Source of the DNA: a bacterium | GTDB taxonomy: Bacteria > Hinthialibacterota > Hinthialibacteria > Hinthialibacterales > Hinthialibacteraceae | Length of the DNA stretch: 64,000 nt | Direction of reading: 5' to 3' | Assembly (NCBI GenBank): GCA_963662285.2 | Contig: CAXXMV010000006.1 | Span: 1,504,001 to 1,568,000, forward strand | Shown here: positions 9,881 to 19,897 of the stretch, piece by piece | Numbering within the stretch: the first letter of the stretch is position 1 | Layout of the letters: every line of letters begins with the position of its first letter | Program-made: the position numbers and the translations under genes | The notes under the pieces: generated by a model | The model's database searches: none | Told to the model about the DNA's origin: nothing | Seen by the model: only the letters and a program-made list of their open reading frames with translations

Positions 9881-10747
9881 ATGACCATGATAATGATGTT
9901 GAATTTAAAGGGGGGCGTCGCCAAAACGACTAATGCCGTAGCTATTGCTGAATATCTGGCGACGATGAAGAAAAAAATACTCTTCATCGACGCCGATCAT
10001 CAATATACCGCCAGTGAATTGTTGATTGGAGAAGAACGATGCCTGGAGCAGGATTCCAAGCGCAAGACGCTGCATGATCTTCTTTCCAGTATGATGAGTG
10101 AAGATTTTGAATCATCAGTTCTTGAGCAATATATCACCAAAGATGCATCCAATATATCCAGAATCCAAAAGTATATGGATTGCATCCCCTGCTCATACCG
10201 CATAGATGAATTCACTTCCAATATTGCTAAAGCCAAAAAAGGCTTCTTGGGGGACGACGAATTTCAAAAGAAATGGTTGAATCAAAAAAGAAAGTTACAC
10301 CGCTGGTGTCTCAAAAATTATGATTTCACCATTGTTGATTGTCCGCCCAGCCTCGCTATCCAGGTGCGTTTCTTTTTGGGATGCGCTGACTTCTTTATCG
10401 CTCCCACCATTCCCGATAGATTATCAGTACGCGGAACCGCTTATCTGCTGGAGCGAATCAGAAAAAGAGGACACAAAAGAATTCTGCCCCTCGGATCATT
10501 ATGGTCTATGGTGCGCGTGCAAAACCGCAAGCATAAAGAGATGATGAAAATCGTTGAAGATGAAAAATGCCAATATGATGGAATCCCCAAACCATTCAAA
10601 ACCTACATTCCCAACATGGCGGCCATCGCCAACGCCATGGAAAACAACAAGCAATTCGTTAATTTCAGCGACAAATATAAATCCCAGTCAATAAAACTAT
10701 ATAAAGCTCTATGCCAGGAAATTATTGAAAGAATCGAGAAGAATTAA
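9881..10747 (+). CDS. ParA/Soj-family ATPase (orphan)
   Basis: Deviant Walker A NLKGGVAKTT, IDADHQ, YDFTIVDCPP. Confidence 0.9.
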   Translation: MTMIMMLNLKGGVAKTTNAVAIAEYLATMKKKILFIDADHQYTASELLIGEERCLEQDSKRKTLHDLLSSMMSEDFESSVLEQYITKDASNISRIQKYMDCIPCSYRIDEFTSNIAKAKKGFLGDDEFQKKWLNQKRKLHRWCLKNYDFTIVDCPPSLAIQVRFFLGCADFFIAPTIPDRLSVRGTAYLLERIRKRGHKRILPLGSLWSMVRVQNRKHKEMMKIVEDEKCQYDGIPKPFKTYIPNMAAIANAMENNKQFVNFSDKYKSQSIKLYKALCQEIIERIEKN

Positions 10748-10760
10748 CCTAGGAAAACCA

Positions 10761-12020
10761 ATGAACAGCAAACAACGGGTTTTAGCAGCCATAAATCATC
10801 AACAACCGGATCGCATCCCCATAGATTTCGGCGGCAGTAATGTCTCCAGTATGCATGTAACCTGCGTTGCTGCGTTGCGCGATTACTATGGTCTGGAGAA
10901 GAGACCTGTAAAAGTTCACGAACCTCATCAGATACTGGGTTGGATTGATGAAGACCTCAAACAGGCCATAGGCATTGATGTTGACAGTCCATTCCCCGCA
11001 GCCACCGGATTCGGCTTCCCCAACGAAAATTGGAAAGAATGGGAAATTCCAACCACTGGATTGACTGTGCTGGTTCCTGAGAAATTCAATACTGTACCAG
11101 AAGATAACGGGGATATTCTTTTGTATCCCCAAGGCGACCAATCGGCGCCGCCCAGCGGCAGGATGCCCAGAGGCGGCTATTACTTCGACGCAATTCTAAG
11201 GCAGCAGCCCATAGATGAAGATAAACTTGATCCAGAAGACAACCTTGAGGAATACAGCGTCGTTTCGGATAGTGAAATAGAAGAATACGCCCAAACCATT
11301 CGTAATACTGCAACCTATGGACGCGCTGTAGTAGGTAAAGTTAACTGTACATCTTTTGGAGATATTGCCCGCGTTCCCGGCATCCAGTTGAAACATCCCA
11401 AAGGCATTCGCGATATAACTGAATGGTACATGTCCATAGCCACCCGGCCTGACTACATACATGCCGTCTTCGCTAAACAGTGTGAATACGCATTAGTCAA
11501 TCTTCAGAAACTCAAAGACGCCTGCGGCGACCTGATTGACGTGCTATATATCTGCGGAACCGATTTCGGAACGCAGGATTCCACCTTCTGCTCGGTCAAC
11601 ACCTACAACGATCTCTTTAAACCTTATTACAAAACAGTCAACGACTGGATTCACCAGAATACCAATTGGAAAACCTTTAAGCATTCATGCGGAGCGGTGG
11701 AACGCTTTATCGATCCCTTCGTTGATTCAGGATTCGACATCCTCAATCCAGTGCAATGTTCAGCCAAAGGTATGGCGCCCGGTCATCTCAAAGACGCCTA
11801 TGGCGACCGCATGGTCTTCTGGGGCGGGGGAGTGGATACCCAGAAAACTCTGCCTTTCGGAACTCCGCAAGAGGTTCGCCAGGAGGTATTGCAGCGCTGC
11901 GAAATTTTCTCCAACAACGGTGGATTCGTCTTTAATGCAGTTCATAATGTACAAGCCAACACCCCGGTAGAAAACATAGTAGCCATGATTGACGCAGTCA
12001 AAGAATTTAACGGAGAGTGA
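10761..12020 (+). CDS. Uroporphyrinogen decarboxylase-like (URO-D/MtaA-CmuA family) protein
   Basis: MNSKQRV...PDRIPID start, DFGTQ, KHSCG, LNPVQ, FWGGGVDTQ, HNVQ. Confidence 0.88.
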   Translation: MNSKQRVLAAINHQQPDRIPIDFGGSNVSSMHVTCVAALRDYYGLEKRPVKVHEPHQILGWIDEDLKQAIGIDVDSPFPAATGFGFPNENWKEWEIPTTGLTVLVPEKFNTVPEDNGDILLYPQGDQSAPPSGRMPRGGYYFDAILRQQPIDEDKLDPEDNLEEYSVVSDSEIEEYAQTIRNTATYGRAVVGKVNCTSFGDIARVPGIQLKHPKGIRDITEWYMSIATRPDYIHAVFAKQCEYALVNLQKLKDACGDLIDVLYICGTDFGTQDSTFCSVNTYNDLFKPYYKTVNDWIHQNTNWKTFKHSCGAVERFIDPFVDSGFDILNPVQCSAKGMAPGHLKDAYGDRMVFWGGGVDTQKTLPFGTPQEVRQEVLQRCEIFSNNGGFVFNAVHNVQANTPVENIVAMIDAVKEFNGE

Positions 12021-12027
12021 AATTACC

Positions 12028-13641
12028 ATGTACAACATCATTAAACAAAGTTTGTATGTAAGTCTTTTTCTCTGCTCACTGCTAACATTATCAATGCAGG
12101 TTGTTTTAGCTGAAGACAGCGGAGTCTTCTCGGTTAAACAATACAATGCCGTCGGCGACGGTCAAACGCTTGACACCAAAGCCATCCAGTCAGCCATTGA
12201 CGCCGCCTCGGCTGCCGGAGGAGGGACGGTCGATTTCCCTGCGGGAACCTACCTGTCAGGTACGCTTATCCTCAAAAGCAATATTACCCTGAATTTACAG
12301 CCTGGCGCAGTATTATTGGGCAGCCGTAAAGTTGAAGATTATCCACATACTATTCCCTCTATCAGGTCGTATACCGACAACTACGTCAAGCAAAGTTTGA
12401 TCTATGCCGAAAACCTCCACAACATCGCCATCACCGGCAGCGGAACCATCAATGGACAGGGCGACGCCTTTAAATGGAAAAAATATGAAAACCGCCCTTA
12501 TATAATCCGCATGATCTCTTGCGAGAAGGTCTTGATAGACGGAATCACGCTCATCAAATCACCCATGTGGATGCAGCATTATCTGGCCTGCGAAGACCTA
12601 ACAGTTCGCAATGTCCATGTCTTCAACCATGGCAATTATAACAATGACGGTATTGATCTGGATAGTTGCCGCAACGTCCGTCTTTCCGGTTGTTCTTTCG
12701 ATTCCGATGATGACGCTCTCTGTCTCAAAAGCACTACCGACAAACCATGCGAAAGCATAACCATTACCAATTGCGTACTCAGCAGTCATTGCAACGCCTT
12801 CAAAATGGGAACCGAATCAAACGGCGGTTTCAAAGATATCACCTTCTCCAACAGCACAATCCACTCTCCCCGGCTTAGCCAGGTCGAATATGGCAAACAG
12901 CGCGGTCTGGCGGGCATCGCATTAGAGATCGTTGATGGCGGAACTATGGATCAAATCGCCATATCCAACATCGTTTTAAGGGGAGTCTCCGTACCTCTCT
13001 TCCTGCGCTTGGGCGACCGCGCCCGGCCATTCATCAAAGATGCGCCCAAGCCGAAAGTAGGCCAATTCAAAAATGTAAGCATCAGTAATATAGTCGCTAC
13101 TGGCGTCTCCAAAATCGGCTGCTCCATCACCGGACAACCAGAGAAATTCTTAGAAAACGTCTCCTTGCAGGATATCCATATCGAATACGAAGGCGGCGGG
13201 ACAGAGGAAGACGCCATGCGGGAAGTAGAACACAAACCGACGTCGTATCCCGAATCAACCATGTTCGGCGTCCTTCCATCCTACGGCTTCTATTGCCGCT
13301 ATGTAAATGGATTAAACCTGCGCAACATCAACTTACGCTGGAAAGATAAAGACCTACGCTCCGCCATGATATGTCAAAAAGTGAATGATCTAACCATTGA
13401 CGGTTTCTATAGTAAAGCAACTCCTGATGGAAATTCTTCAATTATTTTGGATGATGTATCTGGAGCATTACTCAGAGGATGTCAGACCAAAGAGGCTATA
13501 AATGTTTTCTTGCAATTAGAGAATGAGACCAAGGATATTAGTTTGCTTTCCTCGGATCTAAGAAAAGCTGAAAATGCTGTTAAGTTTATGAATCAGGAAA
13601 TAAGAAAAACCTTTTTCCAAACCGCCAATCTCGGCGTATAA
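12028..13641 (+). CDS. Glycoside hydrolase family 28 (polygalacturonase-like), secreted
   Basis: Signal peptide, GDGQTLDTKAIQSAID, catalytic-type NNDGID...DDDALCLK, KMGTES. Confidence 0.9.
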   Translation: MYNIIKQSLYVSLFLCSLLTLSMQVVLAEDSGVFSVKQYNAVGDGQTLDTKAIQSAIDAASAAGGGTVDFPAGTYLSGTLILKSNITLNLQPGAVLLGSRKVEDYPHTIPSIRSYTDNYVKQSLIYAENLHNIAITGSGTINGQGDAFKWKKYENRPYIIRMISCEKVLIDGITLIKSPMWMQHYLACEDLTVRNVHVFNHGNYNNDGIDLDSCRNVRLSGCSFDSDDDALCLKSTTDKPCESITITNCVLSSHCNAFKMGTESNGGFKDITFSNSTIHSPRLSQVEYGKQRGLAGIALEIVDGGTMDQIAISNIVLRGVSVPLFLRLGDRARPFIKDAPKPKVGQFKNVSISNIVATGVSKIGCSITGQPEKFLENVSLQDIHIEYEGGGTEEDAMREVEHKPTSYPESTMFGVLPSYGFYCRYVNGLNLRNINLRWKDKDLRSAMICQKVNDLTIDGFYSKATPDGNSSIILDDVSGALLRGCQTKEAINVFLQLENETKDISLLSSDLRKAENAVKFMNQEIRKTFFQTANLGV

Positions 13642-13667
13642 TAAACAGAACAGCAAGTGGAATCCAT

Positions 13668-13694
13668 GTAGGGTGCGCCTCTCGTGGGCGCCCT
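13668..13694 (+). repeat. GTAG-type REP (degenerate)
   Basis: GTAGGGTGCGCCTCTCGTGGGCGCCCT, similar to the element at 51497. Confidence 0.6.
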
Positions 13695-13734
13695 GTTTGA
13701 AGCAATCACCTATGATTCCAAAGGATAAAAATTC

Positions 13735-14001
13735 ATGATCAATTCCATAGAAAAGCAATTACAGCAAATCCCGAATGTAGGCCTTGCAATATCCAGCAAA
13801 ATGATGCGTCTGGGAATCAAATCCATCGATCAGTTAGCTGATAGTGATGCGGAAAAGTTATATGACCGCCTCTGTGATATGGACGGCGTACAGCATGATG
13901 TCTGCCTGTTGGATGTCTTCGTATCCGCCGTCGAATTCGCAAAAACCGGGACAAATGAACCCTGGTGGGAATATAGCCGCAAACGCAAGCAAGAAGCATG
14001 A
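13735..14001 (+). CDS. Small helix-hairpin-helix protein (Cdd1/mitomycin-resistance-like family)
   Basis: LQQIPNVG HhH motif, LYDRLC...HD.CLLDVF, PWW.YS. Confidence 0.8.
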   Translation: MINSIEKQLQQIPNVGLAISSKMMRLGIKSIDQLADSDAEKLYDRLCDMDGVQHDVCLLDVFVSAVEFAKTGTNEPWWEYSRKRKQEA

Positions 14002-14321
14002 ATACCAAAAACCCTGAATATTGCTTGTAGGGCTTTCCCCCTCAAACAAAACAGGCATCGCCTGATAGTAGGCGCCAGCCATCATAATATAATAAATATC
14101 AAGGATTAAAAAAATCCCTGGAAGTTGGAAGCCCCTTTTATTATTTATTTCTAGAAATCCTCTAAGAATCTCTTAGGGGATTTTTTGGAATTATGCCCTA
14201 TCATTTCTCCCTAATATTCATAATTATCATTGTTTTACATATATTTTGCCTATGATTTATCATACAATAGAATCATATACACGTATGCATCACATAAGTC
14301 TAGAATAATCTGGAGGTTGTT

Positions 14322-15680
14322 ATGTTAAATAAGAGTATGATCCGCTGTTTATTTACTATATGGTTTGCGACTCTCGCCCTATTCGTTTCAGCGGCGGATT
14401 TCGAAGCTGGCGTCGCCAAGGCGTGCATTACCCCTTCTTATGATATATGGATGTCGGGTTACGCCTCACGTGACAAGCCGTCGCAAGGCAAACTACACGA
14501 CCTCAATGCTAAAGCCCTGACTCTTAAAGACAAAGATGGCAATTGCGCGGTGCTTTTGACCGCTGATCTGATAGGCGTATCGGCTGATCTGAGCGACCGG
14601 GTGGCTCAGCGCGTCAAAAAACTTACCGGAATAGAACGTGAGGCTATCATGGTAAGCGCCAGCCATACTCATAGCGGCCCGGTGTTGCGCAATAATCTGG
14701 AAACCATGTACGATCTTCCACCGGAAGAATGGGATAAAATAACTCGATATACTAAAGAATTAGAAGACAACATGGTAAAGGTGATCTGCCAATCGGTTGA
14801 AAATCTACAACCGGCCTCACTATATCGTGGAAATGGCGAGGCGCATTTCGCCGTCAATCGGCGCGAATATACCCTTGACGGAGTTAAGATTGGAGTGAAT
14901 CCCATAGGACCTTTGGATAATGACGTCCCGGTTATGAAAGTCGTCGATCAATCCGGTTCGATAATGGCCATAGTTTTCGGCTACGCTTGCCATAATACTA
15001 CTCTCAGCATCTTCAAACTAAGCGGCGATTACGCTGGTTTCGCTCAATACGAAATTGAAAAGAATCACCCCGAAGCCATCGCCATGTTCTTTATCGGCTG
15101 CGGCGCTGATGCTAATCCCAATCCCCGCAGAGAATTGGAACACGCCCGGAATTATGGCAAACAATTGAGCGACTCAGTAGACCGGGTGCTCAATGGCTTC
15201 ATGCGAGAAATCAAAGGATCAATTAAGACCTCATTCACCACCGTACCTCTTCCCCTGACTCCCGCGCCAACCCGCGCCCAACTTGAAGAACAGGCCAAAG
15301 ATGAATACATATATATCGTCCGCCGCGCCAAGAGTCTCTTAAAACAACTTGATAAAGACGGCTCTCTTCCAGAAACCTATCCTTATTCATTGCAACTGTG
15401 GAGCATTGGAAATGATTTCCGCTGGTTAGCCATGGCGGGCGAGGTCGTGGTCGATTATTCCTTACTCTTCAAGCACCTATACGGCAAAGATGATATCTGG
15501 GTGACGGGTTACGCCAATGACGTCTTCGCTTACATCCCATCATTACGGGTATTGCGAGAAGGCGGTTATGAAGCAAACGAATCCATGATCTATTACGGCC
15601 TACATGGTCCCTGGAAGCCTGAAATTGAAAAGATTATTGTAGATACAGTAGCCCAACTGGCTGATGAGATTGATTCCTAA
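14322..15680 (+). CDS. Neutral/alkaline ceramidase N-terminal-domain family hydrolase, secreted
   Basis: Signal peptide, MSGYASR, ASHTHSGP, YACHNT, GYANDV..YIP, GGYE. Confidence 0.85.
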   Translation: MLNKSMIRCLFTIWFATLALFVSAADFEAGVAKACITPSYDIWMSGYASRDKPSQGKLHDLNAKALTLKDKDGNCAVLLTADLIGVSADLSDRVAQRVKKLTGIEREAIMVSASHTHSGPVLRNNLETMYDLPPEEWDKITRYTKELEDNMVKVICQSVENLQPASLYRGNGEAHFAVNRREYTLDGVKIGVNPIGPLDNDVPVMKVVDQSGSIMAIVFGYACHNTTLSIFKLSGDYAGFAQYEIEKNHPEAIAMFFIGCGADANPNPRRELEHARNYGKQLSDSVDRVLNGFMREIKGSIKTSFTTVPLPLTPAPTRAQLEEQAKDEYIYIVRRAKSLLKQLDKDGSLPETYPYSLQLWSIGNDFRWLAMAGEVVVDYSLLFKHLYGKDDIWVTGYANDVFAYIPSLRVLREGGYEANESMIYYGLHGPWKPEIEKIIVDTVAQLADEIDS

Positions 15681-15696
15681 CGCTATCAGCGTAACA

Positions 15697-15729
15697 GGGT
15701 GCCAAGGGCAGTGTTTTTTCTGCCCTTGA
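15697..15729 (+). repeat. REP family A
   Basis: GGGTGCCAAGGGCAG-loop-CTGCCCTTGA, followed by AACCACCCAAGATTAAA as after the 8633 copy. Confidence 0.85.
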
Positions 15730-15771
15730 TAACCACCCAAGATTAAAGATACAACCTATGGAGTAAAACCA

Positions 15772-17106
15772 ATGCTAACATCAAACCGAAACACTTACCT
15801 AATCGCCTTCTGCATCCTATTCGCAGCAAGTTCATTCGGATCAGATGAAACTCAGGATTTCTCTCCCCAACCGGACGAGCAGCAATTATCAATATCTATG
15901 CATTCCAAGATGGAAGAACTTCCTCTGATACGAGTCGGTCAATCTGATTCTGATCTAATTGGTAATGATAACCGCGTACTCCAGGCCGCAGTGGATTACA
16001 TAGCCAACCTGGGCGGCGGCGTGGTCGAGATTGGCGCCGGAACCTACACCATGCGCGATTCACTGCATCTTCGCGCTAATGTAACCGTCCGCGGCGTTGC
16101 GGATAAAACCATCCTGAAAAAATCGGATTGCGTATCATCTCTGCTGGCCATTGACGGCGACTTCGGCGAAGAGCAGATCACCCTGAAGAATCCAGATGGA
16201 TTCAAGGTCGGCGACGGCGTTGCAGTGTGGGATGACCAAGCCGGTGGTTTTCATACGGTCGTAGCCCGCATTACCGGACGCCGGGGCAATACTTTTTCGA
16301 TCAGCAAACCCCTGGGTTCTGATTATATGATTAATAATAAGGCTCATGCTGATACGGTCTTTCCAGTTGTCAGCGGTTATCATTTAGGAGGCGTACGCAT
16401 TGAAAATCTCGTCATCGATGGCAACCGGGATAGTAACGTCCACCTGAACGGCTGCCGTGGAGCGGGCATCTTTCTCTATCGCGGATTCGGAACCGTGATC
16501 AAGGATTGCATCGTGCGAAATTACAACGGCGATGGCATCAGTTTCCAGCAATCCAACGACGTAACCGTTATCAATTGCATCTGCGAAAACAACGCAATGC
16601 TGGGATTGCATCCCGGCAGCGGCTCGCAGCGTCCGCAGGTCAAGAATTGCATCGCCCGTAAAAATGGAACCGACGGCCTCTTCTTATGCTGGCGCGTGCG
16701 GCATGGATTATTTGAAAACAACATCATGGAGCAAAACGGGAGATTCGGCATCTCCATCGGACATAAAGACAGCGATAACCTGATCCAAAATAACCGCGTA
16801 GTTTCTAACCAAAACGATGGAATATTCTTCCGCAATGAAACAATCGGCATGGCGGGGCATCGCAACAAACTAAAGAACAACATCATCGAAAACAACGGCG
16901 CCGAAGGGAACGGCGCGGGCATAAGAATCCGCGGAGAAACCAACGGAACCGTAATAATGAACAACATAATCCGGGATACCCGCCCAGCTGATCAACAAAC
17001 CCAAACAGTAGGAATCCGAATAGAAGAAAAAGCCGGAACCGTTATTATCGAGAATAATAAGAACCAATCTCAACAGAAGATTGTTGATTTGCGTGAGGAG
17101 AAGTAA
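15772..17106 (+). CDS. Right-handed parallel beta-helix (pectate lyase-like) secreted protein
   Basis: LQAAVD...GGGVVEIGAGTY cap and repeated N...GI beta-helix rungs. Confidence 0.85.
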   Translation: MLTSNRNTYLIAFCILFAASSFGSDETQDFSPQPDEQQLSISMHSKMEELPLIRVGQSDSDLIGNDNRVLQAAVDYIANLGGGVVEIGAGTYTMRDSLHLRANVTVRGVADKTILKKSDCVSSLLAIDGDFGEEQITLKNPDGFKVGDGVAVWDDQAGGFHTVVARITGRRGNTFSISKPLGSDYMINNKAHADTVFPVVSGYHLGGVRIENLVIDGNRDSNVHLNGCRGAGIFLYRGFGTVIKDCIVRNYNGDGISFQQSNDVTVINCICENNAMLGLHPGSGSQRPQVKNCIARKNGTDGLFLCWRVRHGLFENNIMEQNGRFGISIGHKDSDNLIQNNRVVSNQNDGIFFRNETIGMAGHRNKLKNNIIENNGAEGNGAGIRIRGETNGTVIMNNIIRDTRPADQQTQTVGIRIEEKAGTVIIENNKNQSQQKIVDLREEK

Positions 17107-17149
17107 CCTGAAAATGGATGAAACACACTTCCGCTTTGTCTCAACTAAT

Positions 17150-17220
17150 TGGCTATCCTGGATGATTTCCAGCGAGGTAGATGTACTGTAATTGGATATT
17201 GCTGTTCCCAAGGAGGATAA
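17150..17220 (+). pseudogene. Putative decayed 3' stub of type I R-M specificity gene (hsdS)
   Basis: Frame reads WLSWMISSEVDVL*LDIAVPKE, resembling the HsdS C-terminal pattern LLPRLISGEVDV..LDI.VP.E, with an in-frame stop. Confidence 0.55.
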
Positions 17221-17226
17221 CAACGT

Positions 17227-19485
17227 ATGTCTGAAACTGTATTTACAAAAGTCGATTATGATCTGGGCTCATTGATTAAGTATATCGGATTAGGAGAAAT
17301 TGGTCTTCCAGATATTCAGCGGCCTTTTGTCTGGAAGAATGCCAAAGTTCGCGATCTGTTCGATTCCATGTATAAAGGTTACCCAGTGGGTTATCTGCTG
17401 TTTTGGCAAAATGGGCAGGCCGATGCTTCCCGAACCATCGGAGTCGACAATAAACAGAAACCGCCCCGTTTGGTGATCGTAGATGGCCAGCAACGCCTGA
17501 CTTCTTTGTATGCCGTCGTCAAAAACATTGCCATTTTGCGGGATAACTTTGAAAGCGAACCTATCCAGATTGCCTTCAATCCACTGGAAGAAAATTTTGA
17601 AGTGGCCGACGCGGCCATTTGTAGAGACAAGTCATTTATCCCGGATATCTCTGTTTTGTGGAGTGCGGATGCAAAGATAACCCGGATTATTCGAGACTAC
17701 CTTGAGAATCTGCGGACGAGTCGTGAAATAAGTGAAGACGCAGAGTTGGAGATAGAAGACCGAATTCTAAAACTTCAGGGATTGCTGAGTTTCCCGTTTA
17801 CCGCTCTAGAACTGGCATCAGATATTGATGAAGAGGCAGTATCGGATGTGTTCGTACGAATCAACAGCAAAGGAACACCGCTAAATCAGGCCGATTTCAT
17901 TTTGACTCTAATGTCGGTATTTTGGGACGAAGGGCGCGCTGCCCTGGAGCGTTTCTGTCGCGAATCTCGTCAACCTGCGAAAGGCACAGCGTCCTCGTAT
18001 AACTATTTTATTAAACCGTCCCCCGATCAGTTGTTGCGAGTAGGTGTGAGCGTCGCATTCAAACGCGCCAGATTGAAATACGTGTACTCGATATTACGGG
18101 GCAAGGATCTTGAAACCGAACAATTCAGCCCCGAACTCAGGGAACAACAATTTGAACGTCTAAAGAATGCCCAAGAACGTGCGCTGAATCTCCAACACTG
18201 GCACGACTTCATGAATTGTATTCGTCAAGCCGGGTTTCGCAGTGAAAAAATGATCAGTTCACAGAACAATCTGATGTTTGCCTATTCACTCTATCTGATT
18301 GGTCGTACGGAATACAAGGTACCCGAGTTCAAACTTCGACGAGCGATCGCTCGCTGGTTCTTTATGTCGGCTGTCACAGGCCGCTTTACCGGCTCGCCGG
18401 AATCAGTCATGGAATCCGATCTCGCACGGTTCCGTGACGTAGATACCGACGAGGGATTCATGAAAATTCTCAACCAAATCTGCGACATCACACTCACCAA
18501 TGATTTCTGGGCAGTTTCTCTACCGAATGATCTTGCCACCTCATCATCCCGCAGCCCTTCACTGTTCGCCTATTATGCAGCGCTGGTAATGCTGGATGCG
18601 CGAGCGTTATTCTCCAAAATCAAGGTGGCCGATCTACTAGATCAGTCCATTCAGGCTAATCGTGCCGCCTCAGAACGACACCATCTGTTTCCTAAGAGTT
18701 ACCTTGGTAAACAGGGTATGAAAACTCCCCGTGATACAAATCAGATTGCTAATTTCGCGCTTGTAGAATGGGGCGACAATACGACTATTTCCGATCAGGC
18801 GCCTTTGGATTACGTGCCTGCAATGAAGGCGCGATTCAGTCAGGCAGAACTTGAGCAGATGTATCGATTTCATGCTTTACCGCCAAACTGGGAGCATCTG
18901 GATTACCGGAAATTTCTAGAGAAACGTCGCGAACTGATGGCGCAAGTGATCGCCGAGGGCTACGCGACCCTTCTGACCGTGGAAAACAAGAAAGATATAG
19001 CCGCAGCAGAGTTTGATCTGTCAAAGGTCATTTTGAACGGCGAATCCGAAGCAGTGGAGTTCAAGTCTACCTTACGCACTAACATGCACACAGGCGATAA
19101 AGACCCACGTATGGAATTGGCTGTGCTTAAGACTCTGGCTGGTTTTTTGAATACAAATGGCGGTATGTTAGTTATAGGTGTTTCGGATGATGGTAGCCCA
19201 GTTGGTATTCAGGCTGATGAATTTGAAAATGAAGACAAGATGAGTTTGCATCTTGTAAATATTGTCAAATCCCGTTTGGGAATACAAGCCATGATTTCTC
19301 TTCATATTAATTTTGACGATCGCAACAAATATCGTGTTATGGTAGTGAAATGCAATAAATCTCCTACGCCTGTTTTTGTTAAGGATGGCAACAATGAACG
19401 TTTTTATATTCGTACAGGGCCATCCACAACTGAGTTGAGTCCCAGCCAGACTCCTGAATATATCAAACAGAGGTTTATTGCATGA
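17227..19485 (+). CDS. GmrSD-like (DUF262 + HNH/DUF1524-like) protein with C-terminal Schlafen/AlbA_2 domain
   Basis: DUF262 motifs LPDIQRPFVW, DGQQRLT, FVRINSKG; HNH-type ERHHLFPK...NQIANF...N; AlbA_2 motif GESEAVEFKST...AGFLNTNGGMLVIGVSDDG. Confidence 0.9.
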   Translation: MSETVFTKVDYDLGSLIKYIGLGEIGLPDIQRPFVWKNAKVRDLFDSMYKGYPVGYLLFWQNGQADASRTIGVDNKQKPPRLVIVDGQQRLTSLYAVVKNIAILRDNFESEPIQIAFNPLEENFEVADAAICRDKSFIPDISVLWSADAKITRIIRDYLENLRTSREISEDAELEIEDRILKLQGLLSFPFTALELASDIDEEAVSDVFVRINSKGTPLNQADFILTLMSVFWDEGRAALERFCRESRQPAKGTASSYNYFIKPSPDQLLRVGVSVAFKRARLKYVYSILRGKDLETEQFSPELREQQFERLKNAQERALNLQHWHDFMNCIRQAGFRSEKMISSQNNLMFAYSLYLIGRTEYKVPEFKLRRAIARWFFMSAVTGRFTGSPESVMESDLARFRDVDTDEGFMKILNQICDITLTNDFWAVSLPNDLATSSSRSPSLFAYYAALVMLDARALFSKIKVADLLDQSIQANRAASERHHLFPKSYLGKQGMKTPRDTNQIANFALVEWGDNTTISDQAPLDYVPAMKARFSQAELEQMYRFHALPPNWEHLDYRKFLEKRRELMAQVIAEGYATLLTVENKKDIAAAEFDLSKVILNGESEAVEFKSTLRTNMHTGDKDPRMELAVLKTLAGFLNTNGGMLVIGVSDDGSPVGIQADEFENEDKMSLHLVNIVKSRLGIQAMISLHINFDDRNKYRVMVVKCNKSPTPVFVKDGNNERFYIRTGPSTTELSPSQTPEYIKQRFIA

Positions 19486-19562
19486 CCCCACCCACTGGCT
19501 ATACTGAAGATGCTGGGTACCATAGGCAAGACCCCAATGTGGTCTCACTTACTAACATGTAA
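19482..19562 (+). pseudogene. Putative 5' stub of type I restriction subunit gene (hsdR)
   Basis: ATGA overlap with the upstream stop. MTPPTGYTED resembles the HsdR N-terminal YTED pattern, then diverges and stops after 26 codons. Confidence 0.4.
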
Positions 19563-19600
19563 GACTGTGTTTATGAGATATCCAAGAGGAGAGTTGTGAA

Positions 19601-19777
19601 ATGAATGCCATGCAAAAACAGACGCTGGGACATCTGAAATCAAAGTTATCCGAGTTTTATCAAGACCGTCTTGAAAGTCTTTATCTGTTTGGATCGCAAG
19701 CCAGGGAGACAGCTGAAGCTGAGTCGGATATTGATGTCATAGTTGTTTTGAAATGGCAGGATGATTGTAAGGTTTGA
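19601..19777 (+). pseudogene. Truncated minimal nucleotidyltransferase (MNT/pol-beta family), 58 aa
   Basis: Manual translation MNAMQKQTLGHLKSKLSEFYQDRLESLYLFGSQARETAEAESDIDVIVVLKWQDDCKV* has the GSxAR...SDID motif and a GAGGAG RBS, but lacks the C-terminal part. Confidence 0.75.
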
Positions 19778-19802
19778 ACGAATTGTTATTACAAAGGTTG
19801 CA

Positions 19803-19870
19803 TCAAGGGCTGACCGCAATGCGGTCTTGCCCTTGCCACCCGTCACCCGTCAAAGCGCCAGCGTGTCCCA
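19803..19870 (-). repeat. REP family A (19803-19841) plus a fragment of family B
   Basis: Identical to 9715-9753. CAAAGCGCCAGCGTGTCCCA matches part of the B variant at 39873. Confidence 0.85.
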
Positions 19871-19897
19871 GCGATTGTGCATTAAATTTGTTCCTAA

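Noticed and set aside
9881-10747. Plasmid or prophage origin suggested by ParA
   Set aside because: No rep, integrase, phage structural or conjugation genes; flanks are ordinary chromosomal metabolism.
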